Shown here: positions 52,035 through 64,000 of the stretch, in pieces
How positions within the stretch are numbered: the stretch's first letter is position 1
Layout of the letters: each line of letters starts with the position of its first letter
Origin: Eledone cirrhosa
Taxonomy: Eukaryota
Assembly: GCA_964016885.1 (NCBI GenBank)
Contig: OZ024741.1
Coordinates: forward strand, 65,906,001-65,970,000
Direction: 5' to 3'
DNA: 64,000 bases
Translations under genes and position numbers: made by a program
Notes under the pieces: generated by a model
Databases searched by the model: none
Seen by the model: the letters and a program-made list of their open reading frames with translations, nothing else
Told to the model about the DNA's origin: nothing

Positions 52035-53404
52035 TAAAAAAATAATGAATAAAACAATGAAACAGTTCCTTATATTAAACAAAAAAAGTTCATTATTTAA
52101 CGATCGTTTCTAGGATATATATGTGTTAGATTTATCTACATATATATATATATATATATATACCGTACATATACAAACACACATATATATATATATATAC
52201 CGTACATATAAAACTAACCCCACAATATATATTTTACACACACATACACACACACATACGCTATTAATTCGGTGAATGAGACGAGATGTTTTCGTTTTCA
52301 TATTTGAAAGTATTGATTTCAATCAATTCATCAATTTCCTCGACGTGAATTTACTTTCACTCTCGACATACCAATAGCTAAAAAAAACACCACACACACT
52401 TGTTTACAAACCAGTGGAAAGATATACAATGAAAAAGTAGAGTGTAATTATATATAGATATATAGGGGCAAAAGTCTTTGAGTCAGACAGACGATAGATA
52501 GGTGAGAGGTAGGTAGGTAGATAAGTAGATAGATAGATAAACAGTAGATAAATATATAACAGTGATAGACAAATAGACCACGAGGTAGACATGGGTGGTG
52601 GTTTTCAGAGAAAAGGGTTAATAATGCTGACATACACACATACACTCATATAATAATAGGTATAGATAGATAGATAGATAGATTCTGATCAACAAAGGCA
52701 CATCTATATGCAAACTAGCAACAATAATATTAAAGTAAACACGAGAATGGTATAAACACACACCCACACGCACACATGCTCATGTACACTCACTCACACG
52801 CAAGCTATGTCCCTCACGTGATAGCTTTCTGCACTTACGATATCAAATAAAGCACGAGACGAGCCAACGAGTGAGATTTTTACGCGGTCACTCGACTTGC
52901 TAGAATCTCCCTTAAATCACGCACCCTCCTCCGCCACCAAAAACGTGGTGATAGTGATGGCGGGGATAACACATAAGGTGGTATTAAATGCACTAATTGA
53001 AAAAAAAAGTTGTCACGGTTGGAACGCTTTTCCTCGACCAGGGCCCGATATGAAACCTAAATAATAAAATATTAAAACACGAAAACTGATACTCACACGT
53101 TTAAACATGTTCATCTACACACACACACACACACACACACATCAATAAACAACCCTGTAGACACGCAATGCATACATACATGCAACCATATATTCATACA
53201 CACACATCTACAAAACCCGCGTAGGCATAACACATTACACTATACATACGTAAATACATACACGCACACTTACATACTTGCGTACACATACATACATACA
53301 TATAAACATCCATGTAATCATACATACATACAACCACACACACACACACATACTCATATAAGCATGCATGCAATCATACATACATACAATCATACATACA
53401 TACA

Positions 53405-53944
<540 letters not shown>

Positions 53945-53987
53945 CAATATTAAATAAATGGAAACTATATTTATAAAACCATATTTA

Positions 53988-54049
53988 TTTCATTATATAT
54001 ATTTCGGGGATATCATATTAACAATATGCTATGCCTTCCTCAGACAAAA
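53988..54049 (-). ncRNA. Type I hammerhead with long stem II (relative at 55290-55346)
   Basis: TTTTGT CTGAGGA AGGCATAGCATATT GTT AATATGATATCCCC GAAA TATATA TA ATGAAA. The relative has CTGACGA..GACA TACGTA TA with stem I TTTTAT/ATAAAA. Confidence 0.6.
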
Positions 54050-54720
54050 TACAATATAAACATTTATATATATATATATATATATATATAACATGCATGC
54101 AATCATACATATATACATGCATACAATGGAGTATGTATATAATAGTATATATATATAACATGCATACAATCATACATATACACAAATAAACATGCATGCA
54201 ATCATACATATATACATGCATGCAATCGAGCATGCATATAATAGTACATAGAGATGTGATCTTCGTATGAATAAGACACTGTTGCACTTAAAATATCAAG
54301 TAAACATCACACACATACGCACATGATGCATGCATAGATAAGCATTCACAGACATATAGAAAATAAACAGTGAAAGACACCATCCTCGTTCTGATGAGTG
54401 AGACTTTGCTGCAGTTAAAAATATCAAGTTAAACACTTAGGCAGTTACAAATGTGTGCTCGTTCTCATCCTCACGCATCCATACACACATACATACATAC
54501 ACAGAGGCAGGCACACACACACATACACACACAGAGGCACATCGCTGAAAAAAAAACACTAGCACAAACACAAAGTACATTAGACGAAGTAAACAATACA
54601 AGTACACGTACTCGTATTAGAAATCACTATGTGAGACTTAGGTGCAACTGAATAAAAAAGACCCTTACATACGTACAAATATAAATACGTGAAGTACATA
54701 CATAGATGTTTTATATATAT

Positions 54721-54979
54721 ACGGAAAAAATGAAACGAAATTTCATTTCTCACTTTTAGTACGGCTGTTACTTAAATATAAGTATGTATACGTACATACA
54801 TATATGTATACAGACGTACAATAGTATGTATATGTATATACATACATGCACACATATATATATATGTGTGTATGTATGTATATATATATACATACTACTG
54901 TACGTCTGTATACATATATGTATGTACGTATATATATATATATATACTACTGTACGTCTGTATACATATATGTATGTAC

Positions 54980-54980
<1 letters not shown>
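54721..54980 (-). repeat. Partial monomer of the 420-bp retrozyme-like family (no HHR)
   Basis: Reverse complement of ~4980-5125. (TA)n on both sides. Confidence 0.85.
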
Positions 54981-55049
<69 letters not shown>

Positions 55050-55221
55050 AGAGAGAGAAATGACTTCTTCATGGCTAGAACTGTTTCATTCGTATAAAAT
55101 CATCATAGTCCTGTAGAAGTCATTTCTATATTTATATAATAAAGATGCCTATACTCTATCAAGTTATTAAATATCTTTTTAAACTACAGTTACCCCCGAC
55201 ACAACTCGGGAATCTACAAAC

Positions 55222-55252
<31 letters not shown>

Positions 55253-55789
55253 ATTAATAAATGGAAATATCTTTACAAAACCATATTTATTTTATTATAC
55301 GTATGTCAAGGGTACTAATATTTAAGTACGCTTTCGTCAGATAAAATATAATTTCATATGAACTTAATGGTATAAGCCCATAATAATCAACAAACCATAT
55401 AACTCATTGTTTATATATATATATATACATACATACATACACAGATTGAGACTTACTTAGAAATAGAAATATACACAAATATACATTACGAACACAAAAT
55501 AATCGTGTAAACACGACAGCATTTGGCAGCAAAATCCCATTAACTTAAAATAAGAAATATCACATTGTGTGTGTGTGTGTGTGTGTGAACGTACATACGT
55601 AACACCATTTTACACGAAATAGAAATAAACACAGTACGCACTAAAACTACACTAGAATCTAACATCTTTACAATACACATGCTCACAGGTTGCAAGACAT
55701 AACTACAAACGCAATACATAACAATCAAGAGATTGCTATGTATTATCTCACGCACGCGCGTCTATGTATGTATGTATGTATGTATGTCA

Positions 55790-56172
55790 AGGCAGAATTC
55801 TAGGAGAAGGAAAACTCTGATATAACACCTGCAACCCTGATGGTATCCAATGATGTTGACTTGTTCTTCTTTTTGGTAAATATCATCTTGGTTAAGAGAG
55901 TGGGACTGGCTTTGTGCAGTGCCTTTGCTCACTATAAAAGCTTCACGGCACAGGCATTGCTTTATATCTGGAGATCTCTCTGCCCTTGTCATCACATGGT
56001 ACCATGGGCCCAGCACTATGTGTCAATAATTGTCACAAGTGTAGTGTTTGTACCAGAGTTTTCAAGTCCCTGGCTGGACTAAAAAGTCACACTCGTTCAG
56101 CGCATCGGTAGGGGTTCTCCTACATGGATATACAGTAGTGGCCGTACTCGAAAACGAGTTGGCAGCCACCAT
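55790..56172 (+). pseudogene. Degenerate BovB-like RTE 3' end
   Basis: C-terminal C2H2 motif HKCSVCTRVFKSLAGLKSHTRSAHR* followed by a short UTR with the CTCGAAAACGAG hairpin. Confidence 0.55.
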
Positions 56173-56499
56173 GTGTTCATGTATATTTATTTGTCTGCAT
56201 GTATTTATAAATCTTTATATTATATATAAGCGAGCGTTAAATGATAATATACAGACACACAAATAAATACACACGTAAACAAACACACACGCAAACAAAC
56301 AAATATATATATATATATGTGTGTTAAGTATTTCCGTAGAAAAGGTAAAGGAAAGCAGAATGTGCGTATGTATGTATATATATATATATATACACACACA
56401 CACATACAGAAGCATACATATTGGTAGTCTATGTACGCATGTATATACATTGATGAGAGAGACCTTTGTGTACACTCTCGATAGCAAGTGTTAAAAGAT

Positions 56500-56822
56500 A
56501 TATTCTTTTAATGTTACAATATTAAAGAAAATATAAAGGAAGGGGTGAACAACCGAGCCAACACCAGGGCAAAAGACATCAGCGAGGGGTACTGGGAAAC
56601 CTCTCTAATGATTTTTGAGGCAAGCCAGCATACTCGCAGCGTTGCTTCGGGTGATGGCGAGGGTAATGCGCTGGAACAGCCAAGCGCCCTCGCGAGATTC
56701 GCCAGTTACCTCTATTAGGCGAGCCGCCAGTGAAGAGAGGAACCTCGCAGTCAGCGGCCGGACTCCCCCAAACGTCTCGAAAACCACAGGCTGAAATATG
56801 TAGCTGGCCGACAGATCAGAGC
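56500..56822 (-). mobile_element. 3' fragment of a CRE-like non-LTR retrotransposon (RLE domain end)
   Basis: FQPVVFETFGG..ARFL..LAARL...TGE.RE..WLFQRITLAITRSNAASML. GC-rich, followed by a short UTR. Confidence 0.75.
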
Positions 56823-57045
56823 ATGTATATAAATGGCAAATACATATTCTAAACAAGAAAGAAAAGGAGAATGAATGAATGAATGAATGAAAATCTAAGA
56901 CAGGAAAAAACTAAAGAAAGAAGGAAAGAAATTATGTATAAATGATGTTGTAGTGAAAATACCCACGTGCTTGGGCACAAAATGTAAAAAAGAAGAGAGG
57001 AGAAAAGTAAAGTAATGAGTTTGTTTTAAGTTGTTCTTTACTCAC

Positions 57046-57084
57046 CCGTTGTCGTGATCTGGAGGTATGTCTTCGACTCGACAT
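57046..57084 (-). CDS. Candidate first coding exon of the host gene (MSSRRHTSRSRQR, phase-0 donor)
   Basis: ATCATG start and 13 codons, then CGG|GTGAGT at 57046/57045. Lies in non-repetitive, CpG-containing sequence. Upstream (TC)n-rich stretch resembles a 5' UTR. Confidence 0.45.
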
Positions 57085-57348
57085 GATTCCAGAATGGTGG
57101 TTTACAGCAGAGCCTAACTGTTTGCTATAGCATTTGTATCCACCGCAAAAATAATATTATTAATAATAATAAATGCTAGAAGATGCAAGGCTAAAGTAAT
57201 GCCAGAGACGAATGAGAAACAAAAACAAGTGATCACTGATTGTGTTCGGTTAGTTTTGTAATATTTGTAATATATATATATATTTCTATTTAGAAATAAG
57301 CATGAATGAGTAAAAGCGTATCAGACAGAGATATAGATAGGTAGATAT

Positions 57349-57416
<68 letters not shown>

Positions 57417-57689
57417 AGGATGGAAGAGAAAAGTAGGAGGACGTATGGAGTTAGAATGTTTGACTGTAGCGTAAGAGAGCAGGAACAGCAGAAATGTTCG
57501 CTTATGTGGATGTTCAAACACTCATTCATTCCTCAAGAGAACTAAACTCAACAGCAGCTTCTCTTTAGATTCGAATTAACTTTCCCTCTTCTTCTACCTC
57601 CTCCTATTCCTCCCCTTTTTCTTCCCCTCAGCACCGACCGACTTTCCTTCCGTTTTTTTGGTTCTGCCTCTATCTCATCTCCTTCCCTT

Positions 57690-57724
<35 letters not shown>

Positions 57725-57728
<4 letters not shown>

Positions 57729-57827
57729 AACAAGTATGACCCCGACGGCAGAGCTCAAGCCGTTTCGACGGCTAATTCTGGACTAATTGAGTCCAGAATT
57801 AGACGTCGGGGTCATACTTGTTCCTAT
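57725..57827. repeat. Short fold-back element in (TA)n with tail to ~57905 (relative at 60061-60141)
   Basis: ATAGGAACAAGTATGACCCCGACG versus CGTCGGGGTCATACTTGTTCCTAT, plus an inner AATTCTGGACT/AGTCCAGAATT pair. Confidence 0.7.
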
Positions 57828-58183
57828 TACCCACTCTACTACCCTAAGTATTGAGTACTTTGGTGCGTTATGGTCCATCTGGTTTCTTACCACATTTCCT
57901 TCGTTATATATATATATATATATTCCTTTCTGTTCAGCGTTTACACGACCATGCTTTTCTATGCCCCACCCTCCTTCCTTATTAACTTAATGGGTCTTGC
58001 TGATGCATTCTCTCTTTCTGTTATGATTACACTTACACTCTTACACTGTTAGAAGAAGCTTTTCCCTGCTTTCTTCTTCTCTCTCTCTCTCTCTCTCTCA
58101 TTTTACTAAACAGTTCTTCAGCCTCAGCGTTTTGTAAATCCTTCTCTCTCGCCATACCAATTCTTCCTCAAAATCCCACTATC

Positions 58184-58294
<111 letters not shown>

Positions 58295-58305
58295 TATAAT
58301 ATATA

Positions 58306-58613
58306 TAATGGAACGTCGGTTCACGAAAACCTTTCATCACGAACAAATTGGTTCGTAAACAATTTTTCCGAACATAAAACGTCTCGGGTAACGAACACGC
58401 AAATTGGCAACAACGGCTGGCGACAAGCTGGGATATCGATCGACAGGAAAGCGTCACTTGCTGTGTAGTTAGTTACTATGGTGATATCTATCTATCTTTC
58501 ACTGTATTTCACTCTCAACATTTTGTATGGGGGAAATAGTTTTGGTTTACAAAAATTCCGGGTGACGAACGGCCTTCAGAAACGAATTAACTTCGTGAGC
58601 CGAGGTTCAACTG
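58306..58613. mobile_element. pogo/Tigger-like MITE
   Basis: TIR TAATGGAACGTCGGTTCACGAA versus TTCGTGAGCCGAGGTTCAACTG. Confidence 0.7.
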
Positions 58614-60138
58614 AGTGTGTGTGTGTGTGTGTGCGTGTGTGTGTGTGGGGGGGGGGGGTGTCCACACATAATATATACACATGTTTTCTAATTTTTAGGG
58701 AAAGGGAAGGTCATTTAAATCGACCCAAAAATTTACTTTTCTGAGAATTGAACTCAGAACGTAAAGACCCAGAATAAATACTACTAATATAATAATAGCG
58801 ATATAATGATATATATATCTTTCGTTGGGGGCTTAACACATGACTAAAACCACAAAACCTGGGATAGCCCATCCCCCAAAACTGGTACTTTATCAACCTC
58901 AAAGAGATGAAAAGCAAAGTTAACCTAGGTGGAATTTATAGTCAGAGCACAGCAAGCCAGAACGAACAACATAAAGCATTCTACCTGATGCTCTAATGGC
59001 TTAGCTAATTCGATATCATTTGTCTACTCTATAACGTGGTAGTGCCATAGAAACCAAGCTAAAGACGAAGAATGTGAACAAGATATAATCACTTGGCTAA
59101 TCTAGCTTCTGTAATGTGACAGACCATCTAACTCATGTAAGCATAGAAAAGGGACATTAAATAGTGATGATGATGTCAATGATAGTAGAGAAATACACAT
59201 TCACACAACTATACATGCACAGTAAATCTGGTGAATCTGCCAAGATATTTAAGTTTCCTTATTTTGAACATCATCATTAACATCACCGTTTAACGTCCAT
59301 TTTTCCACGCTAGCATGGATTAGACAAGCTGACCTGTTGTAAGAAATGCCAAGTCAAGTGACTATGTTTTGCTCATACAGAACTGATTTTGGCATGGTTT
59401 CTTCAGCTGGATGCCCTTCCTAACACCAACCACATTTACAGTGTGAACTGTGTGCTTTTTGTCGTGTCGTCATCACGACCACTTTACAGTGTGGACTGAG
59501 TGCTTTTTGTCGCGACACTTACACAACCACTTTACAGTGTGGACTGAGTGCTTTTTGTCGTGTCGTCATCACGACCACTTTACAGTGTGGACCGGAGGCT
59601 TCACTAGATGTATATTTCTGCCTGTCCTCGTGGGAGGTGTGGTAGTAAAATAAATTATACCCTGTTGCTAAGGTCCCTTTTTTTGTGCCTTGTGCCTTAT
59701 TTAACCCTTTTGTTATCATATTTCCCATAAAAAAAAAAGAAAACCCACTGTAATTGATTAATATAACTAACTTTTCTTATTTTTAAGCCGGTGTCTAAAG
59801 CACATAACATTACTTCCATAAAATGATGATAGAAGGTTTTTAGATATAACCTTGGTTCATAGAATCAGGAGTGGTTTGGTATCAGAAGAGTTAATCGTTA
59901 TCTATGCTTTCCATTTTCATCTTTCTTATCCTGCTTGGCTTAAATAGTCAGACGACTCAGAACAGTTGCTGTGGAAACCTTCTTAGAAATATGTGTTCTA
60001 AAAACAAAAAAAGTATATTTTTTATCTTTCTACCTGTCTACCTCTCCTATATATATATATACATCTAGTGAAGCCTCCAGCCCGTTCGGATCTAGCTGTC
60101 AAAACGGCCGGAGCTCAGCCGTCGGGGTCCTGACTCCG

Positions 60139-60205
<67 letters not shown>

Positions 60206-60512
60206 TTACAATAAATATTGATGCAATTCAACTCTACGTAATTTTTCCACATAGGAATGACGGAGTGTATTTAGACTAAGAAATGCGAAGTAGTTTCAGA
60301 TGTTAAAGTCATTTATTGATAGGGCTGTGGTACATATTTCAATGGCGACAATGGCCACGCGATTTCGCGTATCCAGTGCAATGATCTCATCAGACAGCTT
60401 CTTTAATAAGGTTACGTTCTCGAGGCAATCCAACTTCCCTTGTCATTTTGACAAGGGAACGGACAAAGTTGGTGTTCTTGAAGCCCTCGCCCGTTCCCTT
60501 CTATATATATAT

Positions 60513-60710
60513 TACGAGGGGTAGATGAAAAGTTCATAGGCTAACTATTAAGGAGTGATACTAGAACTGTGAAATCTTGCAATAATTTCAACTCTTCTTG
60601 ATAATAATTGAATTGTTTCTTTCCAGGGACTATGTTAAAATATAAACGTCATTTGGTCATTCCATGAGAGTATCTTGGTTAGTCTATGAACCTTTCAGCC
60701 GACCATCTTT
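60513..60710. mobile_element. Mariner-like MITE
   Basis: TACGAGGGGTAGATGAAAAGTTCATAGGCTAAC versus GTTAGTCTATGAACCTTTCAGCCGACC. TA flanks. Confidence 0.7.
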
Positions 60711-60803
<93 letters not shown>

Positions 60804-60820
60804 ATATATATATGTGTGTG

Positions 60821-60853
<33 letters not shown>

Positions 60854-60866
60854 ATATATATATATA

Positions 60867-60899
<33 letters not shown>

Positions 60900-60908
60900 G
60901 TGTGTGTT

Positions 60909-60947
<39 letters not shown>

Positions 60948-60980
60948 TGAGAAAAACCACAGACCCTCCATCTCAACTCA

Positions 60981-61018
60981 CCTTTTGAAAAGCAGAAGAA
61001 CTGCGAAACCGGTAAAGG
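60981..61018 (+). ncRNA. Minimal type I hammerhead, U3-A8 core variant
   Basis: CCTT TTGAAAA GCAG AAGAA CTGC GAAAC CG GTA AAGG. Confidence 0.7.
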
Positions 61019-61150
61019 AACCAAATAAATATATATATATATTTTTTAAATAAGACTCCAGTTGCATTTTCGATTTCCTCTCTTTTTCTTTATACTTTCA
61101 TTGGTGTAGGACACCTCGGTTATTTTTCATTTTGTAAAAAAAAACCTCAC

Positions 61151-61236
<86 letters not shown>

Positions 61237-61303
61237 GTGAGTGTGTGTGTATGTGTATATATATATGTGTGTGTGTGTGTGTGTATATGTATATATATAT
61301 ATG

Positions 61304-61628
<325 letters not shown>

Positions 61629-61782
61629 TGTTATACTTTGGGAGGGTCATGTTGCCAATAAGAAACACACGCACCAGTTGCTTTCACTTCAATTTATTAT
61701 ATATTTATAAATTTACAAATTTATAAATCTATAAATTTCTGGTTGGTTGGTTGGTTCCACAACCAGATAGTTGTTTATATAT

Positions 61783-61827
61783 AGTCATAGTCCTTTCGTC
61801 ACACACTCTGTGACCTCTTCAGTGACT
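61783..61827 (-). ncRNA. Minimal type I hammerhead in the PLE 3' region
   Basis: AGTCA CTGAAGA G GTCACA GAGTG TGTGAC GAAA G GA C TA TGACT. Confidence 0.75.
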
Positions 61828-62043
61828 GGGGATTCCTTTCTTTGTGTCTGTGTCTCTCCTTTGTTCTGTCCTACGCCATTTTGTTTCTGTGTGTGTGTTG
61901 TGCGCTCAGTTTGCGCATGCGCCACATCCGGGTGTCTGTGTGTGTTTATGTTCATTTATCTATTTGTTTATTTATTTATTTATTTACTTACATGTTATTG
62001 GTTGGTTGTTTGTTCTATGTGTGTGTGTGTTTTCATTTTGTCC

Positions 62044-62385
62044 TTAATTGTAAGTTGTGATGTTGCTGTTCCACTCATATTTTCTATTTAATTTTGGTTG
62101 TAATTCTTTTATGTTTATTGCCTCTGTAATTTGTCTAAACATTGCATCTTTTCTGTGTGTAGATTCCATTTTTATTTCTATGTTCTCTAATTTACCCTTG
62201 TGTTCTATCTTAGCATGTTGGTAGAGTACAGATGATTCTTTATTATCTTGAAGGTTTCGCCAGTGTTCATTTATCCGTTCCCCTATACTACGAGCTGTCT
62301 CACCTATGTACACTATATTTTTGTCTCTACATTGTCCTTCAGTACATCTTATGCTATACACTACATTTCTAGTTTTACAGTTAAT
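62044..62385 (-). CDS. GIY-YIG endonuclease domain of a PLE (fragment)
   Basis: CKTRNVVYSIRCTEGQC..VYIGETARSIGERINEH..LYQH..RQITEAINIKELQPKLNRK. Confidence 0.85.
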   Translation of the reverse strand: MNCKTRNVVYSIRCTEGQCRDKNIVYIGETARSIGERINEHWRNLQDNKESSVLYQHAKIEHKGKLENIEIKMESTHRKDAMFRQITEAINIKELQPKLNRKYEWNSNITTYN

Positions 62386-62427
62386 ATGGGGGCTTATAAA
62401 CACACACATAGAACAAACAACCAACCA

Positions 62428-63069
62428 ATTTATTTATTTATATACGTTTATTTAATTATTTACATACACACACACATATTTATATGTGCGTGGTTTTGTA
62501 TACCCATGGCAAGTGTTTTACGTATGCTTGTGTATGTAGGTATTTGCATGCGTGTATGCATTTATTTAATTTCTATTACCTCTGTATTGTATTTATTTAC
62601 TTTTCTTAACTCTGAAGCGGAGATTCATTCGGTTTCCTAGTTAGAATTTAGTCTACGACTTCAGCTATACCATTTACGTGGTTTTCTCTTTGCTTGCAAT
62701 TGTTCTCCACGCTCCACATATGACGTATTATCTTCGTTTTTTCCGTTCATTGCCAGAGAACGTCTCTATGAACCACCTAAGAGAATATTAGTCTACGACT
62801 TCTTTTATACCATAAACGTGGTTATGTCTTTGCGCCTAATTGTTTTTCACCGCTCCTATTAATGACGTATAATATTCATTTTTTCCCGTTCTTTGCCAGG
62901 GAACGTTTCCACGAACCAAAGTATCGTCTTCCTGTCTTCCTCCGGTTGCAACGTTTTTTTAAATATCCACTTCACCGTTCACAGATTGACTTTGTTAGTT
63001 TCAGAAGATCCCGTTAAGGGTGAAAGCAGCGATTCTTTGCTTAAACTTTGATCTGTTATTTTAATAAAT
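62428..63069 (+). mobile_element. 3' UTR copy of the Naiad-like PLE
   Basis: Reverse complement of ~2351-3020. Ends at the same nucleotide context (TTAATAAATA) in (TA)n. Confidence 0.9.
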
Positions 63070-63090
63070 ATATATATGTATATATATATA

Positions 63091-63192
<102 letters not shown>

Positions 63193-63394
63193 ATCAAAAA
63201 ATGGTTAAAGGAGTTCCATGTATTTTATTATGCGCATTTCAAAAACAAACATCATCATGCAATAATATTTGTGTTTTCATCAGATAAAACAGGAGGACAT
63301 GATATGAAGGCTAAAAAACACTTGTGGATAGTGCAGTTTTAAATCAACATATGAAAAGTAGTTTTAGATTGATGTGTGATATTGGGAAAAATAT

Positions 63395-63822
63395 TTTATT
63401 TAGAGAGGGGGGTGGAAAGGATGAAAAAAGGGGAGGAGATGAGAGTGAAGGTGGAGAGGGAGAGATGGGTGATAGAGAGAAAGAGATAGTTTTTATAACT
63501 GAGAGAAGATATATTGTTTTACATAGAGAGGTTGAGAACCGTTGGAAGATAATGTATAAATTAAAAGAGTTTGAAAATTAACGAAGGGAAAAATATGTAC
63601 GAGGAAAAAGTATTTTATTTAGGGAGGGGGGAGGATGAAAAAAGGGGATGAGATGAGAGTGAAGGTGGAGAGGGAGAGATGGGTGATAGAGAGAAAGAGA
63701 TAGTTTTTATAACTGAGAAAAGATATATTGTTTTACATAGAGAGGTTGAGAACCGATGGAAGATAATGTATAAATTAAAAGAATTTGAAAATTAACGAAG
63801 GGAAAAATATGTACGAGGAAAG
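63395..63822. repeat. 214-bp direct tandem duplication (GA-rich)
   Basis: GAGAGTGAAG at 63441 and 63655. GAAAAATATGTACGAGGAAA at 63588 and 63802. Confidence 0.85.
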
Positions 63823-64000
63823 AGAGGGAGTTGATATGTATTGAGATTAAAAAGTTTGAAGATAGAGAGAAAAAATAATAATTGCGGATGAATATTCTAA
63901 CGTCAAAAAAAAGGTGTATGTTTATAAGTATTATGGCAATTTCAAAATTAACGAAGAGAAAAAAATTATTAAGGTTTGTGTGTAGAAGGATTTGAGAAAA

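Overview
AT-rich, microsatellite-saturated animal DNA. The SINE/LINE repertoire suggests an octopus or other cephalopod genome (inference). No complete host gene is present. The window looks like the very long first intron of a minus-strand gene: a candidate first coding exon lies at 57084-57046 and a textbook recursive splice site with a cryptic exon lies at 22373-22316. The rest is transposon debris: 5'-truncated RTE LINEs (one with a PHD-like finger after the RT), Tx1/L1-like and CRE-like fragments, two Penelope-like (PLE) GIY-YIG remnants, tRNA-derived SINEs and Tc1/mariner, pogo, hAT and TTAA MITEs. The most striking signal is a hammerhead-ribozyme (HHR) system. Two homologous non-coding tandem arrays (420-bp and 470-bp units) carry one minimal type I HHR per unit, show stem I covariation, end at the same position in (TA)n, and in one case have a PLE-style 5' inversion plus tail. 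They look like retrozymes mobilised by PLEs. Several other HHR variants (U3-A8 core, extended stem II) sit in small (TA)n-embedded elements, some of them fold-backs whose inversion junctions fall in HHR helices. All calls were made by eye, without searches or folding software.
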